Shown in pieces: positions 9,826 through 18,814 of a stretch of DNA of 64,000 nt. The position numbers and the translations under genes were made by a program. Each line of letters begins with the position of its first letter. Position 1 is the stretch's first letter. The notes under the pieces were generated by a model. It did not search any database. It saw only the letters and a list, made by a program, of their open reading frames with translations, and had not been told where the DNA came from. The DNA is taken from assembly GCF_041886205.1 (NCBI RefSeq), contig NZ_CP169029.1, one strand, 5' to 3'. Source of the stretch: Escherichia coli (GTDB lineage: Bacteria > Pseudomonadota > Gammaproteobacteria > Enterobacterales > Enterobacteriaceae).

Positions 9826-9853
9826 CATTGGTATACCTAAGCGTATACCAATG
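9826..9853. repeat. Inverted repeat CATTGGTATAC-ctaagc-GTATACCAATG; candidate integrase arm-type site
   Basis: Perfect 11-bp arms; near-identical motif recurs at 21199-21223 at the opposite end of the element. Confidence 0.5.
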
Positions 9854-9937
9854 GCGATTTGTTGCAATGATTCCTGTGGTTAAGCGAACTTGTTGTTGAA
9901 TAGCTCACATCAAGAAAAAAACTTTTTTTACGGAAAA

Positions 9938-10030
9938 CTGTTCACACTGTTCACTCGCCATTATTTGTCTTTAATTTCAATGTGATATACGGTGAATAGT
10001 CCGTGAACAGTGAACACTTTACTGTTCACT
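9938..10030. repeat. Cluster of TGTTCAC iterons (P4 ori-like, alpha-binding type)
   Basis: At least five copies of TGTTCAC/GTGAACA in both orientations just downstream of the alpha gene. Confidence 0.6.
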
Positions 10031-10040
10031 TTCCGGGATT

Positions 10041-10070
10041 TCAGGTAAAAAAAGACCGGCTGATGCCGGT
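10041..10070 (-). terminator. Rho-independent terminator downstream of alpha
   Basis: On minus strand GACCGGCATCAGCCGGTC hairpin followed by TTTTTTT. Confidence 0.55.
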
Positions 10071-10079
10071 CCGGGTAGG

Positions 10080-12413
10080 TTATGTCGCGGTGGTTTCGTC
10101 GCACCGGGGCAGCCAGTCGGCGTTGCTTTCCTCCCTGAGCGCAAGGTTCGTCTGCATCCCCTGATTTGTTCGCCGCCTGGCGTAATTCAGCCCGTACTCT
10201 TTCAGCATCGATGACAGCCCTTTGCCGAACATGGTCAGGCTGAGGGTGTTCTTGTAGCCGTGCGCCTCCATGTAAACCAGATAGGCGTGATACAGGTACA
10301 GGCGCGGCTGTCGCGGGATGATATTCGCATTCCCCATGTACATACCGTCAGGCTCGGGCAGCGCCTCCAGATAGCCACAAAAATCGAATGTCGGGTCAGC
10401 GTCGCGCTTGATGCTGAGTGCCTCGTCGGAGTTCTGCTGCGACTGGAGCAGTGTGCGCGCGGTCATCGGGTCGCTGAACGTCTGCATAAGCTGACGCACG
10501 ATGACGGCCAGCTCGCGGGCAATTTTATCTTTCAGCTTCGGGTCACGCTCCTCCGGGGCAATCTGTTCCGGGAAGTGCATTATCACCCGGCGACGCGACA
10601 CGCCGCCGCTGCGGTCGGTGAAGCGCATCGGATTGTTGTTTACGGCCAGTATCACCGCCGGAATATGGGTGGAGTACGCATCGCGGTATTTCGGGTCAAC
10701 CGAGACCGCATCCCCGCCGGTGATGGCCTTGAGTCCTGCCCCGTCACCGCTCCATTTCTCCTGGTCAGGCAGACGTATCAGCGAGAAGCCAATCAGCGCC
10801 GCGCGCTCGCGGGGGGATTCCAGCGTTTCGATAGTCGCTGACGTGGCGTTATCTTCCCCGGCGAGCATGGTCGCTATTTCGGCCAGAATACTTTTCCCGC
10901 TGCCACCGGGACCGGTCACTTCGAGGAAGAGCTGCCAGTCGTAGCGGTTCGCCAGCACCATAAACAGCGCGGCGAGTATCACGTCACGTTTATCGGCACG
11001 CGAACCGGCGGCGCGGTCGAGCCAGCGCCAGAAATTCGGCGCGTGCGTCTCCAGCGTTTCCCCCTCCACCGGCGGGGTGAAATCCACGTCGCACAGGGTG
11101 CGCAGCCAGTGCGTTTTGCTGTGCGGGCTGAATATACCGGTACTGGTATCAAGCACGCCGTTGCGAAAGCCAATCAGCCGCCGTGGCGGGGCATCCTGCT
11201 GCGGAATAATCAGTTTCAGGGTGTCCACCACCGAGGCAATTTTCCCCGACGAAAACGGGGCGCGCAGACGCTGGAACAGCCCGGCCACGTCGCGCGCAAA
11301 GTCTGACGGCGGAATGATTTTCCATATACCGGCTTCATAGCGGGACAGGAGCTGCCCGTTCGCATCCACCGCCAGCGCTTCGCCGTAATGCTCATGCACC
11401 CGCATGGCTTTCTCACTGGTGCTCATGGCGGTAAATTCCGCCTCGCTCATGGTAGAGAAAGGGCTTTCAGCCGGTGGCCGGATGGCGTCATACATGGCTT
11501 TACGCGTGGCCTCCCCACCGTGCTGTGTATACGCATCATTCCAGTCACCGAACACCGGCGGCAGGGCGACCACGCCCTCACAGGACTCTGCGGCCGCAGA
11601 CGCTTTGGTCTGGCCGTCGCCGTTAAGGTCACGGTCGGCGGCAATGACAATCCGGCAGGCCGGGTATTTGTGACGGGCAAGGCTCGCCAGAGAAAGGAGG
11701 TTCACCGACGACAGCGCCACCATGACGGTTTCGCCGGTCAGGTGATGCACGGTGAGCGCGGTCGCGTAGCCCTCCGCTATCCACAGCCGTTTTCCCGCCT
11801 CTTTTTTCCCGTCGAGAATATGACATGTCCCTTTTACCTGCCCCCCTTTCAGGGTGCGCTTGAGACCGTCCGCGTTAATGAGCTGGACGTTAACCAGTGC
11901 GCCGCTATCGTCATACAGCGGGACAACCACATCCCCGGCACGGTACGTCACACCGCCGGTTTTGTGCATGGCCGTCAGTACCTGACATTCCCGGCCGGGA
12001 AAGCCCTTGCGGGTGAGGTAGGCGTTGCCGGTGGCCGGTTGGGTTTTCTCCATCAGTCTGGCGGCCAGCGCGGCCGCCGCTTTGCGGTCGGCCTCCGTTT
12101 CAGCGTCTGCGGCCGCAGTCACCGCCGGGGATACCGGAGGCAGGTTGCCGGTCACGGCGTTCACCTTCCCGGCCGCCTCTGACGGGGTCACGCCGAACAC
12201 TTTCTCAACCAGTTTCAGACCGTCCCCCGCGCCGCACTGGTTACAGAACCACGTCCCGCGTCCCTCCTTATCGTCAAAGCGAAAGCGGTCGGAGCCGCCA
12301 CACACCGGACAGGCCTGATGACGGTTTTTGATGACCGTTACCCCCAGCGCCGGGAGAATGCGCGGCCAGTGGCCGCACGCCTGTTTCACGGTGTCCGTTA
12401 CGTTCATTTTCAT
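10080..12413 (-). CDS. P4 alpha-like primase-helicase (777 aa)
   Basis: N-terminal zinc-binding cysteine pairs (CPVCGG ... CNQCG), central primase region, Walker A (GPGGSGKS) helicase domain; size identical to P4 alpha. Confidence 0.9.
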   Translation of the reverse strand: MKMNVTDTVKQACGHWPRILPALGVTVIKNRHQACPVCGGSDRFRFDDKEGRGTWFCNQCGAGDGLKLVEKVFGVTPSEAAGKVNAVTGNLPPVSPAVTAAADAETEADRKAAAALAARLMEKTQPATGNAYLTRKGFPGRECQVLTAMHKTGGVTYRAGDVVVPLYDDSGALVNVQLINADGLKRTLKGGQVKGTCHILDGKKEAGKRLWIAEGYATALTVHHLTGETVMVALSSVNLLSLASLARHKYPACRIVIAADRDLNGDGQTKASAAAESCEGVVALPPVFGDWNDAYTQHGGEATRKAMYDAIRPPAESPFSTMSEAEFTAMSTSEKAMRVHEHYGEALAVDANGQLLSRYEAGIWKIIPPSDFARDVAGLFQRLRAPFSSGKIASVVDTLKLIIPQQDAPPRRLIGFRNGVLDTSTGIFSPHSKTHWLRTLCDVDFTPPVEGETLETHAPNFWRWLDRAAGSRADKRDVILAALFMVLANRYDWQLFLEVTGPGGSGKSILAEIATMLAGEDNATSATIETLESPRERAALIGFSLIRLPDQEKWSGDGAGLKAITGGDAVSVDPKYRDAYSTHIPAVILAVNNNPMRFTDRSGGVSRRRVIMHFPEQIAPEERDPKLKDKIARELAVIVRQLMQTFSDPMTARTLLQSQQNSDEALSIKRDADPTFDFCGYLEALPEPDGMYMGNANIIPRQPRLYLYHAYLVYMEAHGYKNTLSLTMFGKGLSSMLKEYGLNYARRRTNQGMQTNLALREESNADWLPRCDETTAT

Positions 12414-12424
12414 GGTGTTCTCCC

Positions 12425-12745
12425 TCAGTGCAGCGCCGGTGCGGTGATATGACGGGCGCAGAGTTCATCCATCACGGCCAGCCCGAGAAAGGACAGCGAC
12501 GGCGCGGCCTTGAGTGGTCCGGCTTCCATTAAATCTTCGAGCAGGGCACAGGCAATCTGACGGCCTTTTTCCTCGCCATGCTGGCGCAGGTAGAAGCCCT
12601 CCAGCTCGGTCGCAATGGCGCTTTCCAGCGTACTGAGCGTGAGCTGCGGGTAGCGGTGCTGACGTTCGCACAGGGTCAGCCATGCACAGGCCACGGCGCG
12701 GCGATAGAGCGCGGCGCGTAAGACGGGCGTTAATGGCTTTTTCAT
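12425..12745 (-). CDS. Hypothetical protein (106 aa), satellite left operon
   Basis: ORF abutting the alpha start in the same operon. Confidence 0.45.
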   Translation of the reverse strand: MKKPLTPVLRAALYRRAVACAWLTLCERQHRYPQLTLSTLESAIATELEGFYLRQHGEEKGRQIACALLEDLMEAGPLKAAPSLSFLGLAVMDELCARHITAPALH

Positions 12746-13002
12746 ACGTTGCGCTCCCCGGCCAGCCAGCGCTGATTGCAGCGTTCGACCACACCTTCAA
12801 GCCGGGCGGTCATGAGGTAAATCACCGAGGTGAGCTGTAGCTGCTGCGCCGGATTGTGGCGCAAAGAGGTGCAGTCCTGCACCTGCATCAGTTCGCCGAC
12901 GAGCTGGCCGACGTTGCGAAGATGTTCGAGGCATTCGAGGTCTGCCCGGCTGATGGTGGGCTGGTTTATATTCTGCGACCGTTCCGTACTGTTAACAGGC
13001 AT
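12742..13002 (-). CDS. Hypothetical protein (about 86 aa; start at Met with AGGAG upstream)
   Basis: ORF with Shine-Dalgarno-like AGGAG before ATG at 13002; 4-nt overlap with downstream gene. Confidence 0.4.
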   Translation of the reverse strand: MPVNSTERSQNINQPTISRADLECLEHLRNVGQLVGELMQVQDCTSLRHNPAQQLQLTSVIYLMTARLEGVVERCNQRWLAGERNV

Positions 13003-13073
13003 TATTTCGTCTCCTGAGGACGTGCGTATCCCTGCGCAGATACGCACATTTTATTTTGGGGTGTCGTTTTTAA

Positions 13074-13523
13074 TTACAGATAACGGCGGTAGCTGTTATC
13101 CGGTTTTATTTCCGTTTCCAGCCTGAAATTATTCCGCCATTTATGCGCCACCGGCGCCGGGCGTTTAACCGGGGGAATATCATCAGGATAGTTATCGATA
13201 TTCCGCGCCCGGTATTGCTGTAATGCCGGGTCGGCCGCTATTTCGCGTAATACGGCGTGGCGGTTTTCAGGGTTGCGCTTAAATACATCGGGATGCTCAC
13301 AGGTAAAGTCCCGCAAAAAACGACTGAGCGGAATTTCTGCCATACGGCCACCGGCAATAATACGAATGAGGATGGTGTAGGTGCGCCGGTAAGGGTTCCA
13401 GACCAGCCCCGGACAGCGGTACGGCATATCCCACGGAATACCGTCGGCCAGCACGCCCGACACCACCACATCAGGAAATCCTGTACAGCGATATGTTTCG
13501 CCCGGCTGAGGGAAATCAAACAT
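13074..13523 (-). CDS. P4 orf151-like protein (149 aa)
   Basis: Position and size match P4 orf151 upstream of alpha; GGAGG before ATG. Confidence 0.5.
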   Translation of the reverse strand: MFDFPQPGETYRCTGFPDVVVSGVLADGIPWDMPYRCPGLVWNPYRRTYTILIRIIAGGRMAEIPLSRFLRDFTCEHPDVFKRNPENRHAVLREIAADPALQQYRARNIDNYPDDIPPVKRPAPVAHKWRNNFRLETEIKPDNSYRRYL

Positions 13524-13815
13524 GGTGCTCCCCTCCGTTTCCCGACGTCGTGGCGAGAAAGTCACGGCACAGGCCTTTGGCTTTCAGCTCTTCCAGGACG
13601 TAGCTGACGTCCTCATGGATATAACTAAAAATCTGCGGCAGGTATAGCTGGTGTAAACCGTTCAGCTCACGGCGCAGCAAATCTCCACCGATGAACTGCG
13701 AGACGGCGCTGGCGCGATTGAGTTTATGGTACGCCTCAATGCTGAGGTGTTCCTGCATGGGGTTAAGGTCATCACGACGCGCTGAGATGGTCTGAGGGGT
13801 GTTTTTATTATGCAT
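13516..13815 (-). CDS. Small protein (99 aa), position of P4 epsilon
   Basis: In-frame Met inside a longer ORF; overlaps neighbours by 8 nt; position equivalent to epsilon. Confidence 0.45.
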   Translation of the reverse strand: MHNKNTPQTISARRDDLNPMQEHLSIEAYHKLNRASAVSQFIGGDLLRRELNGLHQLYLPQIFSYIHEDVSYVLEELKAKGLCRDFLATTSGNGGEHHV

Positions 13816-14005
13816 GTGACACCTCCACAACCGGCAGACGGGCGGCAAGGGAAAGCACGTATTCCCGGACAAGGGTGCGGCGGGCGGCCAGCTCGTCACC
13901 GGCCACGGTGCGGAGCATACAGATACGGGGTTTACGGTCTGCACGACGGACGGCGGCAAACACAAAGACAAACTGAGGGTGTGACGGGGTGAGGGTCGTA
14001 GCCAT
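13808..14005 (-). CDS. Small protein (65 aa), position of P4 kil/eta
   Basis: AGGAGG 7 nt upstream of ATG at 14005; overlaps downstream gene start. Confidence 0.35.
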   Translation of the reverse strand: MATTLTPSHPQFVFVFAAVRRADRKPRICMLRTVAGDELAARRTLVREYVLSLAARLPVVEVSHA

Positions 14006-14403
14006 AAGGCAACCTCCTTCGAGTAGCAAATTATTGCTATCGCCGGAGTTCTCACGCTCAGTGGCGATAGCCCAGACGGGGGTGAGAATACCGGCCTCGA
14101 AGAATACCGGCCAGCCCGAGGGCTGCCCCGCCTGAGCTACCATTGACATGACAGCATGATATGCGATTGCGGACAGGAGACACAAAGTGACGTCTGCACG
14201 ACGATCCGCACACCACGCCATTATCTGGCGCTCTGTGGCGTTAGTTGCGACACAAAAAAAGACGCATGGCGCGTCTGGTGTCGCCTTCGAGTTACTCGGG
14301 TTCTCACGCCCGGTTACCGATTTTGCGGCAACAGCAAAACTGTACCAGGAAACACACAACGGATGCAAGCCAGAAAAAGGGGCTTTGTGAAATCGGCTCT
14401 GAT

Positions 14404-14670
14404 TCATGCGTCGTATTTCCGGTTGCGGTGCGCGACACGTTCTTCCATCCATGCCGTGATTTCAGACTGTAGCCAGGCGACATTTTTACCCCCGAGGGAA
14501 ACCTGCGCCGGGAAAGCGTTACGGGCGATTAAATCGTAGAGCGTGGAGCGGGACAGGCCGCACTGATGAATGACTTCCGGGAGACGTAAAAAACGTTCCT
14601 GAGTCGGGGCTGAAACCGGCATCGGGTGCGCGGCAGTGGGGGACGGTGGTGCTGATGAAACTGTGTGCAT
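14404..14670 (-). CDS. Vis/AlpA-family transcriptional regulator (start may be internal Met at 14622)
   Basis: [28 protein letters not shown] is an AlpA-type HTH; 88 aa as for P4 Vis; divergent from sid. Confidence 0.7.
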   Translation of the reverse strand: MHTVSSAPPSPTAAHPMPVSAPTQERFLRLPEVIHQCGLSRSTLYDLIARNAFPAQVSLGGKNVAWLQSEITAWMEERVAHRNRKYDA

Positions 14671-14944
14671 AACGCTACCTCGTTAATATCCGCAGAGATC
14701 CGGACGTATCCGTCCGGTATCAGGTAGCGCTCTATTTTGTGAATATTTTTCTTCAATGCAACAGAGGCATGTTGTGTCGTGGAGCAGTTTTGTCTGTTAT
14801 TTAAGCAGCGACCTGAAAATATGAAAAATAATTGGCACATGACGCGCTGAGACGTTCATAAATCACAGTCAATTGATATCGCCTATCAATAGATAAAAAT
14901 ATAATTATTAAAACAATGACTCTCTAAAAGGAGCTTGCCGAAAC

Positions 14945-15050
14945 CAGTGAACAGTAGTGAACAGTTGGTGAACACTTTTCTCTCAACTGTTCACTCTTTA
15001 ATTTATTGTTTTATTTATATTTTTATACTGAGTGAACAGTAGTGAATAGT
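14945..15050. repeat. Second TGTTCAC iteron cluster in the divergent vis/sid control region (crr-like)
   Basis: Six copies of GTGAACA/TGTTCAC in an AT-rich intergenic region about 5 kb from the first cluster. Confidence 0.5.
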
Positions 15051-15218
15051 TATATGTAAAAAAACAAATAGAGTGAGGGGTTTTCCTGCGACCTTTCTCT
15101 GGCCAGCCGGGTTTTTAAGTCCTGTTTGTGCCATGTCTGCGACAACGGCAATGAATCGAGTTGTTGTCTGAGGGACGGCAGAATGGCGTCAGGTTGAAAA
15201 CACAGAGAGAACCCGACG

Positions 15219-16022
15219 ATGAAACCAGATTTGTTTACCGCAGTAATGAAAACCATCGGCAGCACGCAGGATGAGAACATCCGCACGGCCATTGACAGCG
15301 CACTGGATACCCTTAACGAGAAAGCAAACCAGAACGCAGAGGCCACGATAAATAATGCGCTTGAGGCATTCAGCAAGGCCAAATCCGCGCACACGGAAAA
15401 TATGCTGAAACTGAATGATATTGATGCGGCCATTACCCGCAGTGAGAAAGAGCGTCAGAACGCCCTGAATGAAAGTGCCGAAGCGGAACAGAACTGGCGT
15501 ACCCGTTTTCGCGAACTGCGCGGCATGATGACCCCGGAACTGAAAGCCGAACACAGTCAGCGAGTGGCCGGTCGGGAGCTGGCGGAGGAATTCACCGCCC
15601 TGATTGATGAGCTCAACGATGATAAAGCCAGTACCATGCTGGCCGCCTGTACATCAGGAGATAAGTACGTCGGCACGCATTTTACGGTGTTCTCTGCCTA
15701 CTCCCGGAATGAGTGGGCGACCGTGATGAAAGACATCCCTCCCTCACTGGTGCGCGCATTTGCGTTACGTCTGCGTGAACTCGAAATGAAAGGAGAAGAA
15801 CACCCTCACAACGTTCTCATTCAGGAACTGGGGGAGAATGTACTGGCGCAAAGCAGGTACTACACATTCAACATGGCGCAGGAGCCGGTAATTTCAAAAA
15901 TTGGGCTTCACCGTCCGGCACTCACCGGCGTGGATATGAAACTCTATAAAAGCCCGGTTCTCAGAATGGCGCGGGCTAAAGAGCTGGCACAGAAGAAAAA
16001 ATCGCGGGGGGTTAAGCCATGA
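15219..16022 (+). CDS. sid: Sid-like capsid size-determination (external scaffold) protein
   Basis: Similarity to P4 Sid (NWRTRFRELRGMMTPELKAEHSQRVAGRELAEEF); first gene of sid-delta-psu. Confidence 0.75.
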   Translation: MKPDLFTAVMKTIGSTQDENIRTAIDSALDTLNEKANQNAEATINNALEAFSKAKSAHTENMLKLNDIDAAITRSEKERQNALNESAEAEQNWRTRFRELRGMMTPELKAEHSQRVAGRELAEEFTALIDELNDDKASTMLAACTSGDKYVGTHFTVFSAYSRNEWATVMKDIPPSLVRAFALRLRELEMKGEEHPHNVLIQELGENVLAQSRYYTFNMAQEPVISKIGLHRPALTGVDMKLYKSPVLRMARAKELAQKKKSRGVKP

Positions 16023-16261
16023 TGCGCTGTCCGTACTGCAAACAGGCTGCCCATGTCCGTACCAGCCGTTACCTGTCGGATAACGTCAAACAGAGCTACC
16101 TCCAGTGCGTGAATGTCTTTTGCTCCGCAACCTTTCGCACCACCGAGTCTATCGACGAGGTAATACGGCCACCGGCAGAAGAAAAGCCCGAACCGCCGCA
16201 GACAGTACCAGAAACACCGCCCCGAATTCTGGACTGCGCCCGGTCATCGCTGCGCCACTGA
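16019..16261 (+). CDS. Delta/Ogr-type zinc-finger late transcription activator
   Basis: MMRCPYCKQAAHVRTSRYLSDNVKQSYLQCVNVFCSATF with C-x2-C ... C-x4-C pattern typical of P2 Ogr/P4 Delta; 4-nt overlap with sid. Confidence 0.85.
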   Translation: MMRCPYCKQAAHVRTSRYLSDNVKQSYLQCVNVFCSATFRTTESIDEVIRPPAEEKPEPPQTVPETPPRILDCARSSLRH

Positions 16262-16277
16262 TTCAGGAGAAAAGACA

Positions 16278-16853
16278 ATGGCACGAGCACTACTGGAACA
16301 GGCCTTTGAAACCTGTCAGAAGAATAAATCGGACTGGGTGAGCAGCAAGTCAGCACTGGCGCGGGCTGAAATGGCGCTGAAAGAGCTGGAGCTGACCTGC
16401 ACCCGTTATGAACCGGAGGCCGCACAGGCGCTGCGGGATGATATTGACCTGAAAAAATGGGCGGTAAATCAGTCGGCCGGGCAGTACATCCGGTCACATG
16501 AGGCCGTGCAGCGTATCAGTATCCGGCGTCAGCTCCACGCCTTTATGCAGGTAAGCGGCGACGCGCTGGCCGCCGCACTGGCACCGGAATTAATGCATCT
16601 CTGCGAACAACCTGACATTGTCAGAGAACGGGCTCTCGACCGGGCGGCCGCCAGTGTTCGCGAAGCGCTGTCCGTTTATGTAACCCGCGGAGGAAATATT
16701 GATTACGCAGAGGATGATCGCGACATTCTGACAACCATCGGTTTCCGGCCTGACAGAGCATCGAGAGACGACAACCGGGCAAAATATACGCCTGAACAGA
16801 GTCAGATTTTCATGCGCCGACAGGCCGCGCAGACCCGCAAAAAATCCGCATAA
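16278..16853 (+). CDS. psu: Psu-like polarity suppression / capsid decoration protein
   Basis: KWAVNQSAGQYIRSHEAVQRISIRRQL and ALAAALAPEL and DILTTIGFRPD match P4 Psu; 191 aa. Confidence 0.85.
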   Translation: MARALLEQAFETCQKNKSDWVSSKSALARAEMALKELELTCTRYEPEAAQALRDDIDLKKWAVNQSAGQYIRSHEAVQRISIRRQLHAFMQVSGDALAAALAPELMHLCEQPDIVRERALDRAAASVREALSVYVTRGGNIDYAEDDRDILTTIGFRPDRASRDDNRAKYTPEQSQIFMRRQAAQTRKKSA

Positions 16854-17017
16854 AACGCCCCGAAAATACCCGTCTTTTTAATAAAAATAGCCATGCATGC
16901 CTACGCTGCATGGCTTTGCATGCAAAAACCTGAATTTTCCACACCCCGCCGCACCAGCACTGGCGCGGCCTGAGTCCCTTCATGCGCCTGCATTAAAAGT
17001 GCCCCACGAAGCGGGCA

Positions 17018-17036
17018 GGCGTGGCGGGGAGAGCAT
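17018..17036. other. cos-like cohesive-end site
   Basis: GGCGTGGCGGGGAGAGCAT matches 16 of 19 positions of the P2/P4 cohesive end as I recall it; lies after psu as in integrated P4. Confidence 0.45.
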
Positions 17037-17113
17037 TGCGCGCCAAGCGATATATAATTAATTAATGAAGAAGGATAGAATTAACCATATAGCCATAAAA
17101 AAGGATGCGGGTG

Positions 17114-18685
17114 ATGAAGGCGAGTGATATGCAGCACTTATGTAATATAGCCAGAGAGCTTGTTTCTGATGGCAAGTTTGAAAAGGCGTATGAGTTCACG
17201 TTGCAGATTTATAAATCCCTTGACGAAAATATCTTTGGGGATAATTACTATATACTTCTTTATAATATGGCTGCGAATTTTGTTGATATAGGAGGAATGC
17301 AACCGAATAAAGAGGCTTCTCTGCTAGGCTATAACTTAATGAATGAGCACTTTGACTCTTTTTCTAAAATTATGGATGAATCTACGCTCTATTATAACCT
17401 AGCAAACGCAAAGTCAAACTTGGTTGAAAAAGGCAGTGTTTTTAAACAAACGTTTACAACAATTGAGGATATGGTGGATGTAAAAAATTTATACTGGAAG
17501 GCATTTAAATTACTCGGTGATGATAATACTATATATAGCAAAGAACTGAAGGTCAATTTAGCAAACTCACTCAAGCAACAGTTTAGAGTTGTAGAGTCTA
17601 TTTCATATTATGATGATGTTATTTCCTCGGGGGAAGATATACCGCAAGCATGGATTAACAGGTCTGAAGCCTTAATGCTATTGCTGCAACTCTCTGGTTC
17701 TCATACTATAAAGCATATAAGAGAGATTAGACTTGGATATATGAAAGCAATTGAATCAACAGAGATGCCACCGCCATGGAAACCACACTTTCAATCACGT
17801 GCTGAAAAACTCACGGAAGATATAATCGAAATGTCGGGAAAACCATTTTTTGAAAAAGAAGATGAGCTTGATGAAAAACAGACGCTAGAAGAATATAGCA
17901 AACTTAATAATTATCAAAAATTCGTTTTAGATAACCACTTTGTTCTTTCTGAGCATGGGGTGTATTGTCCTTGCGTAGTTGGGGCTAAAGATAACCTAAC
18001 AATATTACCAACACATAATGATGTTTCTGGTGATTTTATTATTCCCATGGAAATGGTTTTGAATAGGCTAAAGTCTGAATATGCTTTGGCAAGGCGCTCG
18101 TTATTCGAGTATGAGTACATGGAGGAAGTTGATGATGTGGCCTGTTATTCAGAGTTGTATAACGATGAAGTTTTAAATGTTGGTGTTGAGAAGATAAGAA
18201 ATGCATTTCGTATATGTTTTGGTGTGTTAGATAAAATAGCTATTGCAATATGTGAGTTATACGATGTTTATCCAGCCAATAAAATAGTGTACTTTGAAAA
18301 TTTTTGGCAATTAAACCAAAATGGGCGAAGGGATAAGTTTGAAGAAATAAAAACTCCAGCTTTACTGGCTTTATATAGTCTAGCTACTGACCTAAATGAT
18401 AGAAAGAATGGTGAATTATCCTTTTATAAGGATTGGAGAAATGATTTGGAACATAATATAGTGATCGTTCATAAAGATTGCGAGCCTTTAGATATATATA
18501 ATTCCTACGGTTACATGAAGAATATTAGGTTGATATCGGAGTCTGATTTTACTAGACATTTTAAAGTGTTATTGCAAATAGTACGCTCAGCAATTTTTCT
18601 TTTTACCTTTATGGTAAGAGAAGAGGGGGGTAAAAGTAACAAGGATTCATTTTTGATATCAAACTCACTAGATTGGAAAATATGA
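17114..18685 (+). CDS. Cargo protein A (523 aa): TPR-like N-terminal half, C-terminal Rx4H HEPN-like motif; function unknown, candidate defence protein
   Basis: AT-rich ORF with AAGGA 8 nt before ATG at 17114 (ORF opens at 17105); helical repeat-like N-terminus; motif WRNDLEHN near C-terminus; lies in the cos/psu-int variable slot. Confidence 0.7.
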   Translation: MKASDMQHLCNIARELVSDGKFEKAYEFTLQIYKSLDENIFGDNYYILLYNMAANFVDIGGMQPNKEASLLGYNLMNEHFDSFSKIMDESTLYYNLANAKSNLVEKGSVFKQTFTTIEDMVDVKNLYWKAFKLLGDDNTIYSKELKVNLANSLKQQFRVVESISYYDDVISSGEDIPQAWINRSEALMLLLQLSGSHTIKHIREIRLGYMKAIESTEMPPPWKPHFQSRAEKLTEDIIEMSGKPFFEKEDELDEKQTLEEYSKLNNYQKFVLDNHFVLSEHGVYCPCVVGAKDNLTILPTHNDVSGDFIIPMEMVLNRLKSEYALARRSLFEYEYMEEVDDVACYSELYNDEVLNVGVEKIRNAFRICFGVLDKIAIAICELYDVYPANKIVYFENFWQLNQNGRRDKFEEIKTPALLALYSLATDLNDRKNGELSFYKDWRNDLEHNIVIVHKDCEPLDIYNSYGYMKNIRLISESDFTRHFKVLLQIVRSAIFLFTFMVREEGGKSNKDSFLISNSLDWKI

Positions 18686-18814
18686 AAACATTACGTTGCA
18701 AGTATATCTTGTATTCGTTCAACTTTGACCTGACACACCTCTGGCACAAAGCCCCAATCTCATAGGCGGTTCTATGCCAGGGGCTGAAAGTCTGTCTCTG
18801 GTAACATACACTTA

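Noticed and set aside
10260-12468. Plus-strand ORFs inside the alpha primase gene (10260-10841, 11388-12182 and others)
   Set aside because: Opposite-strand shadows of a high-GC gene; Arg/Pro/Gly-rich low-complexity translations without start context.
9938-15050. Possibility that the repeated TGTTCAC units are a CRISPR array
   Set aside because: Units are 7-8 bp, in both orientations, irregularly spaced and without spacers of uniform length; they fit P4-type replication iterons instead.
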